This document shows, one piece after another, positions 18,266-27,111 of a DNA stretch of 64,000 bases; the stretch's first letter is position 1; every line of letters starts with the position of its first letter. This DNA comes from Candidatus Bathyarchaeota archaeon UBA233 (GTDB lineage: Archaea; Thermoproteota; Bathyarchaeia; Bathyarchaeales; UBA233). The position numbers and the translations under genes were made by a program. The DNA is taken from positions 1,949 to 65,948 of the forward strand of contig DAZI01000065.1 of the NCBI GenBank assembly GCA_002507245.1, in the 5' to 3' direction. Under the pieces are notes generated by a model that saw only the letters and a program-made list of their open reading frames with translations, was not told the origin of the DNA and ran no database searches.

Positions 18266-18851
18266 ATGTATGCTGTAGGCATATCTGGTAGTCCACGTAA
18301 AGAGGGAAATACCGCTATTTTGACAAAGGAAGTATTAAAGCACATAAGGGGGTAAAAAGAGGTTTATTTCTCTCGCTGTTCTCAATATAAATCCTTGCGA
18401 TAGCTGTGATCGGTGCTGGAAAGAAAACATATAATGTGTCATTGACGATGATATACTGTGGATTATTAAGGGAAATGGAAAAAGCTGATGCGATAATACT
18501 TGGCTCACCATGCTATTTTGGAACGGTAAGTGCACAGTTAAAAATGCTAATGGATCGAACGGTTTCTATATGCGAGAAGGAAACATTAAGGAATAAAATA
18601 GGTGCTGCAGTAGTTACACAGGATGTTTATGGAAAGGGACGTGTGGTGAGCTGGTTCGCCTTACGATAGAGCAGTTCTTTAGTCCTAACATCATATATGC
18701 TAGAGGAATAATCGGAGAGGGCGGCGTGGAAATGGGGCATGTCAAAAGGGATAAGCGGGCCATGAGAGAAGCTAAGGAATTGGCGGATAGAATTATGGAA
18801 TTATATGAGATATTGAAGAAAAGTGAAGAAGTGAGGTTGTTAAGGGGGTAA
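18266..18851 (+). pseudogene. decayed iron-sulfur flavoprotein / NADPH-dependent FMN reductase (flavodoxin-like) gene
   Basis: Homology runs through frames 2, 0, 1, 0. Segments: MYAVGISGSPRKEGNTAILTKEVLKH (stop 18353-18355); FISLAVLNINPCDSCDRCWKENI-TAA(18432-18434)-CVIDDDI; EMEKADAIILGSPCYFGTVSAQLKMLMDRT...NKIGAAVV; ELVRLTIEQFF...RAMREAKELADRIMELYEIL (stop 18849-18851). Confidence 0.8.
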
Positions 18852-18920
18852 TTGTGGGATTATTTTCCTTTTGGAGTATCCTGAACTTTATTTAGGTATA
18901 AGATCTTCGGTTTATTCTTT

Positions 18921-19020
18921 TGGCGGGCCCGCGGGGATTTGAACCCCGGATCTTCGGCTCCGGAGGCCTGCGCATCATATCGATGATTCGACGCCTTAAT
19001 CCGGACTGGGCTACGGGCCC
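18921..19020 (-). tRNA. tRNA-Arg (anticodon CCG) with a 21-nt intron at non-canonical position 29/30; CCA encoded
   Basis: Minus strand: GGGCCCG TA GCCC AGTCCGGATTA AGGC G TCG [AATCATCGATATGATGCGCAG] GC CTCCGGA GCCGA AGATC CGGGG TTCAAAT CCCCG CGGGCCC G CCA. Splicing restores the 5-bp anticodon stem TCGGC/GCCGA. Confidence 0.8.
18968..18988 (-). other. putative tRNA-Arg intron (bulge-helix-bulge)
   Basis: GCGU (exon nt 24-27) pairs with GCGC (intron 3' end) as a 4-bp helix. Bulges are CGA and AGG. The inner helix AUCAU/AUGAU has loop CGAU. Confidence 0.65.
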
Positions 19021-19039
19021 TCTTTCTTAATTTTACTCT

Positions 19040-19549
19040 TTAGGTTTCTATTACTTCTTGGCTTATCCACCAAGCTTTCCTTTTTCCAGTTCTTTCTCCA
19101 GCGTAATATTCCACTATGGGTCTTCCAAGTTGTTTTTTCGATGTTCTCTGTATTTTTCTCAACCGGTTTAATACTAACCAACGATTGGTTCCCGTATATT
19201 CGGCTAGCTCTGGCGTGGTTGCGCCTTTATAGTGAAGGAGATATTCCATTATTTTGCGGTCTATTTCATCGATGCAAAAAGTATATGGGTTTACTGTTCC
19301 ATGTTCGTAAGTTAATATTTCAAGTTCGCCCAAGCATTTTTTTATTTCTCCATATCTTTCCTCCAGTTGACTTATTCTTTTCTCAAGTTCCAAGATTTTG
19401 TCTGGTTTTGGAGTGTGTTGGAGTTTTTCGATGATGGCGTCGCGGATGAAACTGCTTCTTTCTCCTTCAGGAATTCGTATCAACAATTCTTTGTATACTA
19501 TTTCAGGAATTTTAACAGAAATAGTGACCAGTTTCTCCATGGCAATCAC
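19040..19549 (-). CDS. ribbon-helix-helix (CopG-like) plus winged-helix transcriptional regulator
   Basis: The N-terminus VTISVKIPEIVYKELLIRIPEGERSSFIRDAIIEKL is RHH-like. The C-terminus IMEYLLHYKGATTPELAEYTGTNRWLVLNRLRKI is wHTH-like. Confidence 0.5.
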   Translation of the reverse strand: MIAMEKLVTISVKIPEIVYKELLIRIPEGERSSFIRDAIIEKLQHTPKPDKILELEKRISQLEERYGEIKKCLGELEILTYEHGTVNPYTFCIDEIDRKIMEYLLHYKGATTPELAEYTGTNRWLVLNRLRKIQRTSKKQLGRPIVEYYAGERTGKRKAWWISQEVIET

Positions 19550-19656
19550 GGTTTGCTAAGTTTTAAAGTCAACATAAACCTTATGCTTTTTTCTTGCAAA
19601 ATCTTTTAAAATCCACTGCTTAACTCTAGTTCGGAGGAAGGAGATGGTAGATTAAG

Positions 19657-20778
19657 TTGCCGCAGAAAACTACAATCTCTTTAATTAAGTGTGACGTAGG
19701 TTCTCTTGCAGGGCATCACATAGTTCCTAAGCCATTGCTGGAAATAGCTGAGAAAAATTTAAAGAATGCTCAGGAAGCTGGACTGATAAACAGCTACTAT
19801 GTTTTCCATGCTGGTGATGACCTTGAGCTTTTGATGGTTCACGAAAGGGGTGAATCAAACCCTGAAATTCATCAATTAGCGTGGGACACCTTCCAAGAGG
19901 CTGCTAAAAAAGCATTAAGCCTAAAACTTTACGGTGCCGGACAAGATCTTTTAAAAACAGCTTTTAGTGGCAACATTCGGGGAATGGGGCCAGGCGTTGC
20001 GGAAATGGAAATAGAAGAGCGAGGTTCAGATCCTATAGTTGTCTTTGCCGCTGACAAAACCTCTGGAGGTTCATTCAACTACTTGTTGTTCTCGATTTTC
20101 GCTGACCCCATGAACACTGCTGGCTTAGTTATAGATCCAAACATGATTGGTGGATTCAAATTCGAGGTTTTAGATGTAATTGAAAACAAAAGGGTGATTA
20201 TGAAATGCCCGGAGGAAATGTATGAGTTTCTAGCTTTAATCGGAAGTCCCGAACAGTTTGTGATTTCACGAGTTTGGCGAGCGAGGGACAACCTCATATG
20301 TGCTGTTAGTAGCACTACACGGCTTGCATTGATTGCAGGTCAATACGTCGGAAAGGATGATCCAGTACTGATCGTAAGAGCGCAACACGGTTTGCCTGCT
20401 GTGGGTGAAATCCTAGTGCCTTTTATGCATACATACTTTGTTGAGGGTTGGATGAGAGGTAGCCATTGGGCTCCATTCATGCCTGTGAGTCTGAAGGACA
20501 GTAAATGCACAGTTTTTGACGGTCCACCGAGAGTTGTTGCTTTAGGTTTTCAAGTCAGTAATGGAAAAATCGCAAGCGATGATAGTGGGTGTCCCTTGAT
20601 AAGCGATTTGTTCGATGATCCTGCTTTCGATTTAGCCCGTCGTGAAGCTTTGGATTATGCTTCGATTCTTAGACGGATGGGTGAATTTGAACCCGCACGA
20701 CTAAGTCCTAAGCTAATGGAGTATACTACGTTACCCTCAGTGTTGAGAAAGCTGAAAGACAGGTTTAGCCCTGTTTAG
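19657..20778 (+). CDS. fbp: fructose-1,6-bisphosphate aldolase/phosphatase (class V FBPase)
   Basis: TTISLIKCDVGSLAGHHIVP N-terminus and overall length are typical of the archaeal bifunctional enzyme. TTG start with GGAGGAAGGAG upstream. Confidence 0.9.
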   Translation: MPQKTTISLIKCDVGSLAGHHIVPKPLLEIAEKNLKNAQEAGLINSYYVFHAGDDLELLMVHERGESNPEIHQLAWDTFQEAAKKALSLKLYGAGQDLLKTAFSGNIRGMGPGVAEMEIEERGSDPIVVFAADKTSGGSFNYLLFSIFADPMNTAGLVIDPNMIGGFKFEVLDVIENKRVIMKCPEEMYEFLALIGSPEQFVISRVWRARDNLICAVSSTTRLALIAGQYVGKDDPVLIVRAQHGLPAVGEILVPFMHTYFVEGWMRGSHWAPFMPVSLKDSKCTVFDGPPRVVALGFQVSNGKIASDDSGCPLISDLFDDPAFDLARREALDYASILRRMGEFEPARLSPKLMEYTTLPSVLRKLKDRFSPV

Positions 20779-21341
20779 TCTTCAATCTTCGTTATTTTCG
20801 CTAGTTCTTCGCAGCGTTCTCTTACAATTTCGTATAGTTTTTGCCTTAACTCTTCTCCATGAAGTCCTAATCCTCTAATTAACGTTATTTTTCTAGCTAG
20901 TTCTATATCGCCTAGCCCGATTATCCATATTTCAAAGTCTCCTCGGGACAAGTGGAACTCCACAGCACGGGGGTCTATTGTTTGAAGTTTTTCACAGAAG
21001 GCCTGTAAACTATCGGCATACATGCCCAAGGACCGCCCTATTTCGGCATAGAAATGAAAGGCTCTGTCTGGAGGAAGAGGGCGAAGTATGGCTTCTGCTT
21101 TGTCTCTTGTTAGTTTTGGAAAGCCTATTGCTTCTTTTCCATGAACGGTAATTGCATAATATCCTTTTTCCGGAGTTTCTACATATCCCATCTTGTTCAG
21201 TCCTATCAAATGCATCATCACGGATGGAAAACCCAGCCCTATTTCTTTGGCTATTTCCGTTGGTTTTAGCGGCTTACCAATGTTCCATAAAGTTTCAAGA
21301 ATAAGCCTCTTAACTGGAGTAAGTATCATGAACACACTCAC
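20775..21341 (-). CDS. winged-helix regulator with C-terminal DUF5752-like domain (unverified)
   Basis: LKPTEIAKEIGLGFPSVMMHLIGLNKMGYVE forms the wHTH. The C-terminal FHFY...LQAFCEKLQTIDPRAVEFHLSRGDFEIWI block recurs next to sugar-polymer genes. Confidence 0.4.
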   Translation of the reverse strand: MSVFMILTPVKRLILETLWNIGKPLKPTEIAKEIGLGFPSVMMHLIGLNKMGYVETPEKGYYAITVHGKEAIGFPKLTRDKAEAILRPLPPDRAFHFYAEIGRSLGMYADSLQAFCEKLQTIDPRAVEFHLSRGDFEIWIIGLGDIELARKITLIRGLGLHGEELRQKLYEIVRERCEELAKITKIED

Positions 21342-21436
21342 CTAACACTACTCATTCTTAATGACTATTTAACTTTAATCATTTCAAGCTTTTAACGTTT
21401 CTAAACGGAAACGTTTGAATACCGGTTCGGCTAACT

Positions 21437-22708
21437 ATGGTGAAAGGTGTCAAAATGAAGCTTGCCGTGCTGGTATACGAGTATCCCCCAAAAATAGTTG
21501 GTGGGTTAGGAACTTATGCGGCTGAAATCACAAGAAAATTTGTGATGATGGATCATGATGTTACTGTTTTTACAATGAATGATGATGCCGGTGGTCTTCC
21601 GACCCGCGAAATTTGGCGGGGGATAGAAATTCACCGCCCATTACACATTGATGTTTCGGATTCTCTGCCAGACGTAATTGCGGACGACGTTAAAAAATGG
21701 GGGCGTGGCATACAGTTTTTCTCGAAAATTCTAGTGTATAATTATCTTAGCGCCGCCAAACTGATCAACGAGCTTGTAAAGAAAGAGAATTTCAAATACG
21801 ATTTAGTTATTGCCCATGACTGGCTTTCTGTGATAGCTGGAATAACAGTAAAGAAAGAGTTGAAGCTTCCCCTCGTTTTTCATGTTCACTCAACAGAGAA
21901 GGGGCGTACTCTTGGCCATGGTTCAGCTGTTGTTAGCAGCATCGAATATCGTGGAGGACAGACAGCTGACCAAGTTATCACCGTTTCATATGCCATGAGA
22001 GAAGAACTGCAAAGTTTGGGATTTCCGCGAGAAAAGGTTGAAGTTTGCTATAACGGCGTGGATCCAGAGAAGTATTCGTTGAAAAACGTAGATTCTGAAA
22101 AGGTTAGGGCAGTGAGGGAATTTTACGGGTTAAAAGACGATGATTTGATGATATTTTTCATCGGGCGACTTGTTGGTGTTAAAGGGGTAGATAAACTTGT
22201 TATGGCTATGCCTCATGTTTTGCAGTCTGTTCCCAACGCTAAACTGGTAATCGTAGGATTAGGTGATCTCCAAGACTATCTTCAACGGCTTGTGACCATG
22301 CTTAAACTCCAAGACGTGGTGAAGTTTCGTTTTGAGTTCATTCCTGAGGAAGAACGGATTTTACATTACGCGGCTTGCGATGTTGCGGTTTTCCCAAGTC
22401 TCTATGAACCTTTTGGAATAGTCGCCTTAGAAGCCATGAGTATGGAAAAGCCGGTCGTTGTTGGCGCAGCAGGAGTAAGTGGCATGCGTGAAATAGTTGT
22501 TCCCACTGGTGTGGAGCAATGTGGCTTCCACATAAACCCGAATAACCCAGCTGACATCGCTTGGGGGATAGTGAATGCCATTCAAGACCCTGAAAAAATG
22601 CGTTTTCTAGGTGAAAACGGCAGGAAACGAGTTTTAAACGCGTTTACTTGGGATAAAATTGCTGAACGAACTTTAAAGCTATATGAAGAGCTAATTGCGA
22701 AAGGGTAG
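21437..22708 (+). CDS. GT-B glycosyltransferase (family 4/5, glycogen-synthase-like)
   Basis: KLAVLVYEYPPKIVGGLGTYAAEI at the N-terminus and SLYEPFGIVALEAMSMEKPVV (E-x7-E region). ATG 21455 is an alternative start. Confidence 0.65.
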   Translation: MVKGVKMKLAVLVYEYPPKIVGGLGTYAAEITRKFVMMDHDVTVFTMNDDAGGLPTREIWRGIEIHRPLHIDVSDSLPDVIADDVKKWGRGIQFFSKILVYNYLSAAKLINELVKKENFKYDLVIAHDWLSVIAGITVKKELKLPLVFHVHSTEKGRTLGHGSAVVSSIEYRGGQTADQVITVSYAMREELQSLGFPREKVEVCYNGVDPEKYSLKNVDSEKVRAVREFYGLKDDDLMIFFIGRLVGVKGVDKLVMAMPHVLQSVPNAKLVIVGLGDLQDYLQRLVTMLKLQDVVKFRFEFIPEEERILHYAACDVAVFPSLYEPFGIVALEAMSMEKPVVVGAAGVSGMREIVVPTGVEQCGFHINPNNPADIAWGIVNAIQDPEKMRFLGENGRKRVLNAFTWDKIAERTLKLYEELIAKG

Positions 22709-22767
22709 TATTCACAAAAAGTTGGAAGAGAGTAATTTATTTATTTCGACATATTCACTATTTTAGG

Positions 22768-23361
22768 ATGTCATTCATACGTGAGTTCATTTTATATTCC
22801 CGAAAGGGCAGGACAGATGCTAGTTTTCTAAATTTAAGAGATGCTGGAAGGCTGGACGTAGTTCAAGAATGTATAGTTGCAAGTCTTTTCCTGTCTCATG
22901 GAATACGTCGAAACACCGTTTTCCACGCTTTCTTGGGGGGGCCCCCTTCTCCCCCCTTACATTTAAGAATTGATGGGGCTTTTCTAAGAGATGTCCGCAC
23001 GGATCAACTAACATGGGGAAAAATCCTTCGGAAAGTGTTATCTGGAAAACCTCATCCTGGGATAACTGTGGAAAAAAGAAGTTTTGAAAGCCTCTTGAAG
23101 GCTTTCTCTGGTAACGTGAATGTTTTCGTTTTGGAAGAGGACGGTAAAAATGTTTTCGAAGTAGATTTTGGTGAACACCCTGTTTTCGTTTTAGGTGACC
23201 ACATCGGATTGCCTAAAAAAGTGGAAAAGTTTGCTCTGCGCTATGGTGAAAAAATATCTCTAGGTAAACAACCCTATCTTGCCGCAACATGCATTACTAT
23301 TCTTAACTATTTACTGGATCACTTTGAACTTTTCAAAGAAACTAAAGGAGGAAAAGTGTAG
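22768..23361 (+). CDS. trmY: tRNA (pseudouridine54-N1)-methyltransferase TrmY (SPOUT, DUF358)
   Basis: GRLDVVQECIVASLFLSHGIRRNTVFHAFL...PPLHLRIDG and VFVLGDHIGL match my recollection of the TrmY family. Confidence 0.6.
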   Translation: MSFIREFILYSRKGRTDASFLNLRDAGRLDVVQECIVASLFLSHGIRRNTVFHAFLGGPPSPPLHLRIDGAFLRDVRTDQLTWGKILRKVLSGKPHPGITVEKRSFESLLKAFSGNVNVFVLEEDGKNVFEVDFGEHPVFVLGDHIGLPKKVEKFALRYGEKISLGKQPYLAATCITILNYLLDHFELFKETKGGKV

Positions 23362-24719
23362 TGAAACAGGTTGCTTGCGCTATGACCATTGCAGGTTCAG
23401 ATAACAGCGGCGGCGCTGGCATAGAAGCAGACTTGAAAACTTTCGCAGCTTTAAGTGTTTACGGAACATGTGCTATAACCGCTATAACTGCTCAAAACAC
23501 TATGGGCGTTTATGAGATATTCCCCGTTCCAGCGAAAACTGTGAAAAAACAAATAGAAACCGTCTTGACGGACATCCATGTTAGACACGCAAAAACTGGA
23601 ATGCTATACTCAAAGGAAATTATTGAAACCGTAGCTGAGGCTATCGTTAAGTTTAAGCTAATGGCAGTTGTTGACCCTGTTTTTAGGGCTGGAACAGGAG
23701 CTACGCTTGTTCAAGAAAGAGACAAGAAGGCTTTGAAACAATTTCTTATTCCAAAGGCTTACATTGTGACACCAAACCGTTACGAAGCTGAAGACTTGGC
23801 CGGGATTAGGATCAAGACGGTGGATGACATGAAACAAGCTGCTGAGGAGATCGCTCAGCTGGGCGCTAAGGCTGTCATAGTCAAGGGAGGGCATGTTGAA
23901 TCTGGAGAATACGTAACGGATGTTTTCTATTATAAGGACGAATTCCAAGTTTTTACTAAGCCAAGAATTAAGGTTCCCGCACATGGGAGTGGGTGCACTT
24001 TTTCTGCAGCTATAACTGCTTATCTGTCTCTAGGCTACAACCTATTTGATTCTGTAGCCAATGCTGAAAAGTTTGTACAAGAAGCAATAACTTTTAGCCA
24101 GAAAGTTGGAAAAGGAAGAATCCCCGTCAATCCCTCAGCTTTTTCATTGAATAGAGCTGAGAAATTCAGCGTTTTAGAAAACGTTTCTAGTGCTGTTAAA
24201 ACCATTGAAAATCAGCCTGTACTTTCCCGTTTTATTGCCGAGGTAGGTATGCAGATCGGCATGGCCTTACCCTATGCTTCAGATAAAAAGGATGTAGCCT
24301 CTGTTAAAGGTAGAATAGTTCGCTATGGCAATAACCCTAAGGCTGTTGGATGCGTCGAATATGGCGCTTCGGACCACATAGCAAGAATAATTCTAACCGC
24401 GATGAAACATGATTCGACGAAGAGAGCAGCGATGAATTTACGTTATGACCCTAGACTTGTTGATGCATTTCGAAAAATGGGTCTTGTAGTGTCAACTTTT
24501 GATAGAAAGATTGAGCCAAAAGAAATTAAAAAGGTCGAAGGTGGAACATTAATCTGGGGAGTTGAAGCAGCAATTCGAAATGCTGGAAAAGTTCCTGACG
24601 TTATATATGACTTGGGAGATATTGGAAAGGAAGCTATGATCCGTGTTTTAGGGTCTACAGCAACCGAAGTTGTTGAAAAAGCATTAAAAGCAATTCGAAA
24701 AACTAGAACTAAATTCTAA
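23361..24719 (+). CDS. thiDN: bifunctional HMP/HMP-P kinase ThiD fused to thiamine-phosphate synthase ThiN (ThiDN)
   Basis: N-terminal ThiD (TIAGSDNSGGAGIEADLKTF, GSGCTFSAAITA). About 180 aa of C-terminal ThiN-type domain. Confidence 0.85.
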   Translation: MKQVACAMTIAGSDNSGGAGIEADLKTFAALSVYGTCAITAITAQNTMGVYEIFPVPAKTVKKQIETVLTDIHVRHAKTGMLYSKEIIETVAEAIVKFKLMAVVDPVFRAGTGATLVQERDKKALKQFLIPKAYIVTPNRYEAEDLAGIRIKTVDDMKQAAEEIAQLGAKAVIVKGGHVESGEYVTDVFYYKDEFQVFTKPRIKVPAHGSGCTFSAAITAYLSLGYNLFDSVANAEKFVQEAITFSQKVGKGRIPVNPSAFSLNRAEKFSVLENVSSAVKTIENQPVLSRFIAEVGMQIGMALPYASDKKDVASVKGRIVRYGNNPKAVGCVEYGASDHIARIILTAMKHDSTKRAAMNLRYDPRLVDAFRKMGLVVSTFDRKIEPKEIKKVEGGTLIWGVEAAIRNAGKVPDVIYDLGDIGKEAMIRVLGSTATEVVEKALKAIRKTRTKF

Positions 24720-24792
24720 GTAAAATTTTTATGTCCTTTATGTTTTCCACTCTGATGGTTTCTATGTCTCTCTTAGGAGGGGGTTAGATTCG

Positions 24793-26169
24793 ATGGCTTC
24801 AATTCGGGAAGTACCTGCTTCGTCTCCTAAACGTTTTGAGAGGATAGGCGCCCACACTCACATTAAGGGTTTAGGTTTAGACGAGAATTTGAAGGCTGAA
24901 AAAATTAAGGATGGAATGGTTGGGCAGGAAAAAGCAAGAGAAGCAGCTGGGCTCGTTGTCAAACTCATTAAGGAAGGAAAACTTAGCGGAAAATGCATAA
25001 TCCTCGCTGGTCCTCCAGGAACTGGAAAAACCGCCATAGCTGTAGCTATATCTCGTGAACTAGGCGAGAATGTTCCATTTATACAGATGAGCGGCAGCGA
25101 AATCTACAGCACTGAACGAAAAAAGACAGAGATACTTATCGAAGCTATCCGAAAATGCATAGGGGTCGAAATTCACGAAATGCGTAAGGTCTATGAAGGC
25201 GAAATCACAAGCTTAAACATAAACACGGCTCCACACCCATATAATCCCTACCAGAGGGTTCCCGAAAGTGTTCGGCTTACGTTGAAAACTAAAGAAGAAG
25301 AGAGAACAATTGAGGCTGGAGCTAGTATTGCCCAACAAATTTTGTCTTCCGGAATATCTGAGGGTCATGTGGTTCAAATAGATGCCGAAACAGGAAGAGT
25401 TGCCAGTTTAGGGCTCAGTCTAGAAAGTAGTAAGGGAAAGACTTACGACGTGGATACAAGGCGTAAAATCCCGCGTCCTGAAGGAAAAGTTCTAAAGGAA
25501 AAGGAATTTGTTTACGTACTCACCCTTGCCGATTTAGATGAGATAAACGCTCGAAACCGCTCCGGAGGGGTCTTTTCACTTCTTTTCGGTGGCTCTGAAA
25601 CCAAAGAGATAGACACGGAGGTTCGCATGGCGGTAGACCAACAAGTCAAAGAATGGGTAGATCAAGGTAAGGCATTTATCCATCCAGGAGTTCTTTTCAT
25701 AGATGACTCGCATCTACTCGATCTGGAAGCCTTCAGTTTTCTGGGGAGAGCTTTAGAAAGCGAGTTAGTTCCAATAATCATCTTAGCTACTAACCGTGGA
25801 GTAACCAGAATACGAGGAACCGATGTGAAAAGTCCGCTTGGATTCCCAATAGATCTCATTGACAGATCAGTTATCATAGCAACACATCCTTATGACGCTG
25901 AAAGCATACAAGAAATTCTACGGATACGCGCAAAAGAAGAAAAAATCGAAATGGAAGATGAAGCCTTGGAAAAATTGACAAAAGTAGGCGCCAACACTTC
26001 TCTTCGTTATGCGGTACAACTTTTAAGTTTAGCTGCTCAAAACGCCAAAGCAAGAGGATCAGAGAAAATCAAAAAGGACGACGTGGATCGGGTAGATGAG
26101 CTTTTTATGGATGTAACCGAAGCTGCTGAATACTTGAAGAAATACGAAGAAAGACTCATGGTTCACTAA
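24793..26169 (+). CDS. RuvB-like/TIP49 AAA+ ATPase
   Basis: RIGAHTHIKGLGLDE, GQEKAREAAG, Walker A ILAGPPGTGKTAIAVA, Walker B VLFIDDSHLLD. An insertion domain lies between the Walker motifs, as in TIP49. Confidence 0.8.
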   Translation: MASIREVPASSPKRFERIGAHTHIKGLGLDENLKAEKIKDGMVGQEKAREAAGLVVKLIKEGKLSGKCIILAGPPGTGKTAIAVAISRELGENVPFIQMSGSEIYSTERKKTEILIEAIRKCIGVEIHEMRKVYEGEITSLNINTAPHPYNPYQRVPESVRLTLKTKEEERTIEAGASIAQQILSSGISEGHVVQIDAETGRVASLGLSLESSKGKTYDVDTRRKIPRPEGKVLKEKEFVYVLTLADLDEINARNRSGGVFSLLFGGSETKEIDTEVRMAVDQQVKEWVDQGKAFIHPGVLFIDDSHLLDLEAFSFLGRALESELVPIIILATNRGVTRIRGTDVKSPLGFPIDLIDRSVIIATHPYDAESIQEILRIRAKEEKIEMEDEALEKLTKVGANTSLRYAVQLLSLAAQNAKARGSEKIKKDDVDRVDELFMDVTEAAEYLKKYEERLMVH

Positions 26170-26350
26170 ACTAGTATACATTAAATCAAAGCCTAGCCAT
26201 TTATGATTAAAAGCCAAGCAAGTTTGTGTTCTATCATGAACCGCTAATGTAATCTGTAAACGAACAATAAACACTTAGCCTAAATACATATTCACACTTA
26301 ACAATCCTTTAATTCTGTTTACGGCTTTCCCCTATTAAGGAGGCTAATTC

Positions 26351-26671
26351 ATGTCTGAACGTAAACGTAAACGTGAAGAACTTCTCGATTTAAGTGAAGA
26401 ATCAGGCTTTCTTCTCGAATCTTCTCCGGTGGAAGTTGGATCCGGGTATTCTATATCTATACGTTATGATGAAGAGGAAACTCCCATAATTCATGTGAAG
26501 ACTTATGGGGAAGTAGATATGGTTGAGTTACGAAAGGAAATAAGAAGAGTTTACCCTAACGCAAAAATCGAAGGTGTACCAGAATTACCAAAAGTTAAGA
26601 TAGTCAGCGTAAAAAGACAGAAGGAACCGAGGAGACGTCGCAAGGCAACACAAAAGTCTAAATTAAAATAA
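26351..26671 (+). CDS. hypothetical protein with basic tail
   Basis: 106 aa. AGGAGG lies upstream of the ATG. C-terminus KRQKEPRRRRKATQKSKLK. A T5 tract follows the stop. Confidence 0.35.
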   Translation: MSERKRKREELLDLSEESGFLLESSPVEVGSGYSISIRYDEEETPIIHVKTYGEVDMVELRKEIRRVYPNAKIEGVPELPKVKIVSVKRQKEPRRRRKATQKSKLK

Positions 26672-26780
26672 GCTTCCCGCCCGGATTTTTGAGTTGCGAC
26701 CCGAGATTAAAAATAAATTGTTTTTTCCCATTTATAAATTTCACTGTAAAATAAACAAAAATAATGGATAGTTTGAAAGT

Positions 26781-27008
26781 TTAAATGATTCTTGTTCTAA
26801 TCTTGTGTTGTTCAGCTGTTTGTAGGAAATGTAGTCCTTTACTTGTTATTTTGTAAGTTTCCATGTCAGTAAAGACAATGAAGCCGTTGATTATTAGGAG
26901 TTTTATATATTTATTCGCCTGGGTATAGTTTAAATTAGCACTCTGCATTATTTGCGTCTTTTTCTTACCCATAGGCGAATTGCTTACAGATTTAAGAATG
27001 TCGCTCAT
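26781..27008 (-). CDS. small winged-helix DNA-binding protein (HTH_45-like)
   Basis: MSDILKSVSNSPMGKKKTQIMQSANLNYTQANKYIKLLIINGFIV...YKITSKGLHFL. I start at the internal ATG 27008; the ORF track extends to 27083. Confidence 0.5.
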   Translation of the reverse strand: MSDILKSVSNSPMGKKKTQIMQSANLNYTQANKYIKLLIINGFIVFTDMETYKITSKGLHFLQTAEQHKIRTRII

Positions 27009-27111
27009 TATTGTGATTCTGTCTCTATACTTGAATGACCTAACAAAAAACGAAGCGATTGAGGAAAGGTTTATACTATACACTCTCGCTTCCTCCTCTA
27101 TAATAAATATC

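Noticed and set aside
15114-19020. Integrated mobile element at tRNA-Arg
   Set aside because: No integrase, transposase or direct repeat of the tRNA 3' end could be found by eye. It is kept only as a low-interest accessory-patch observation.
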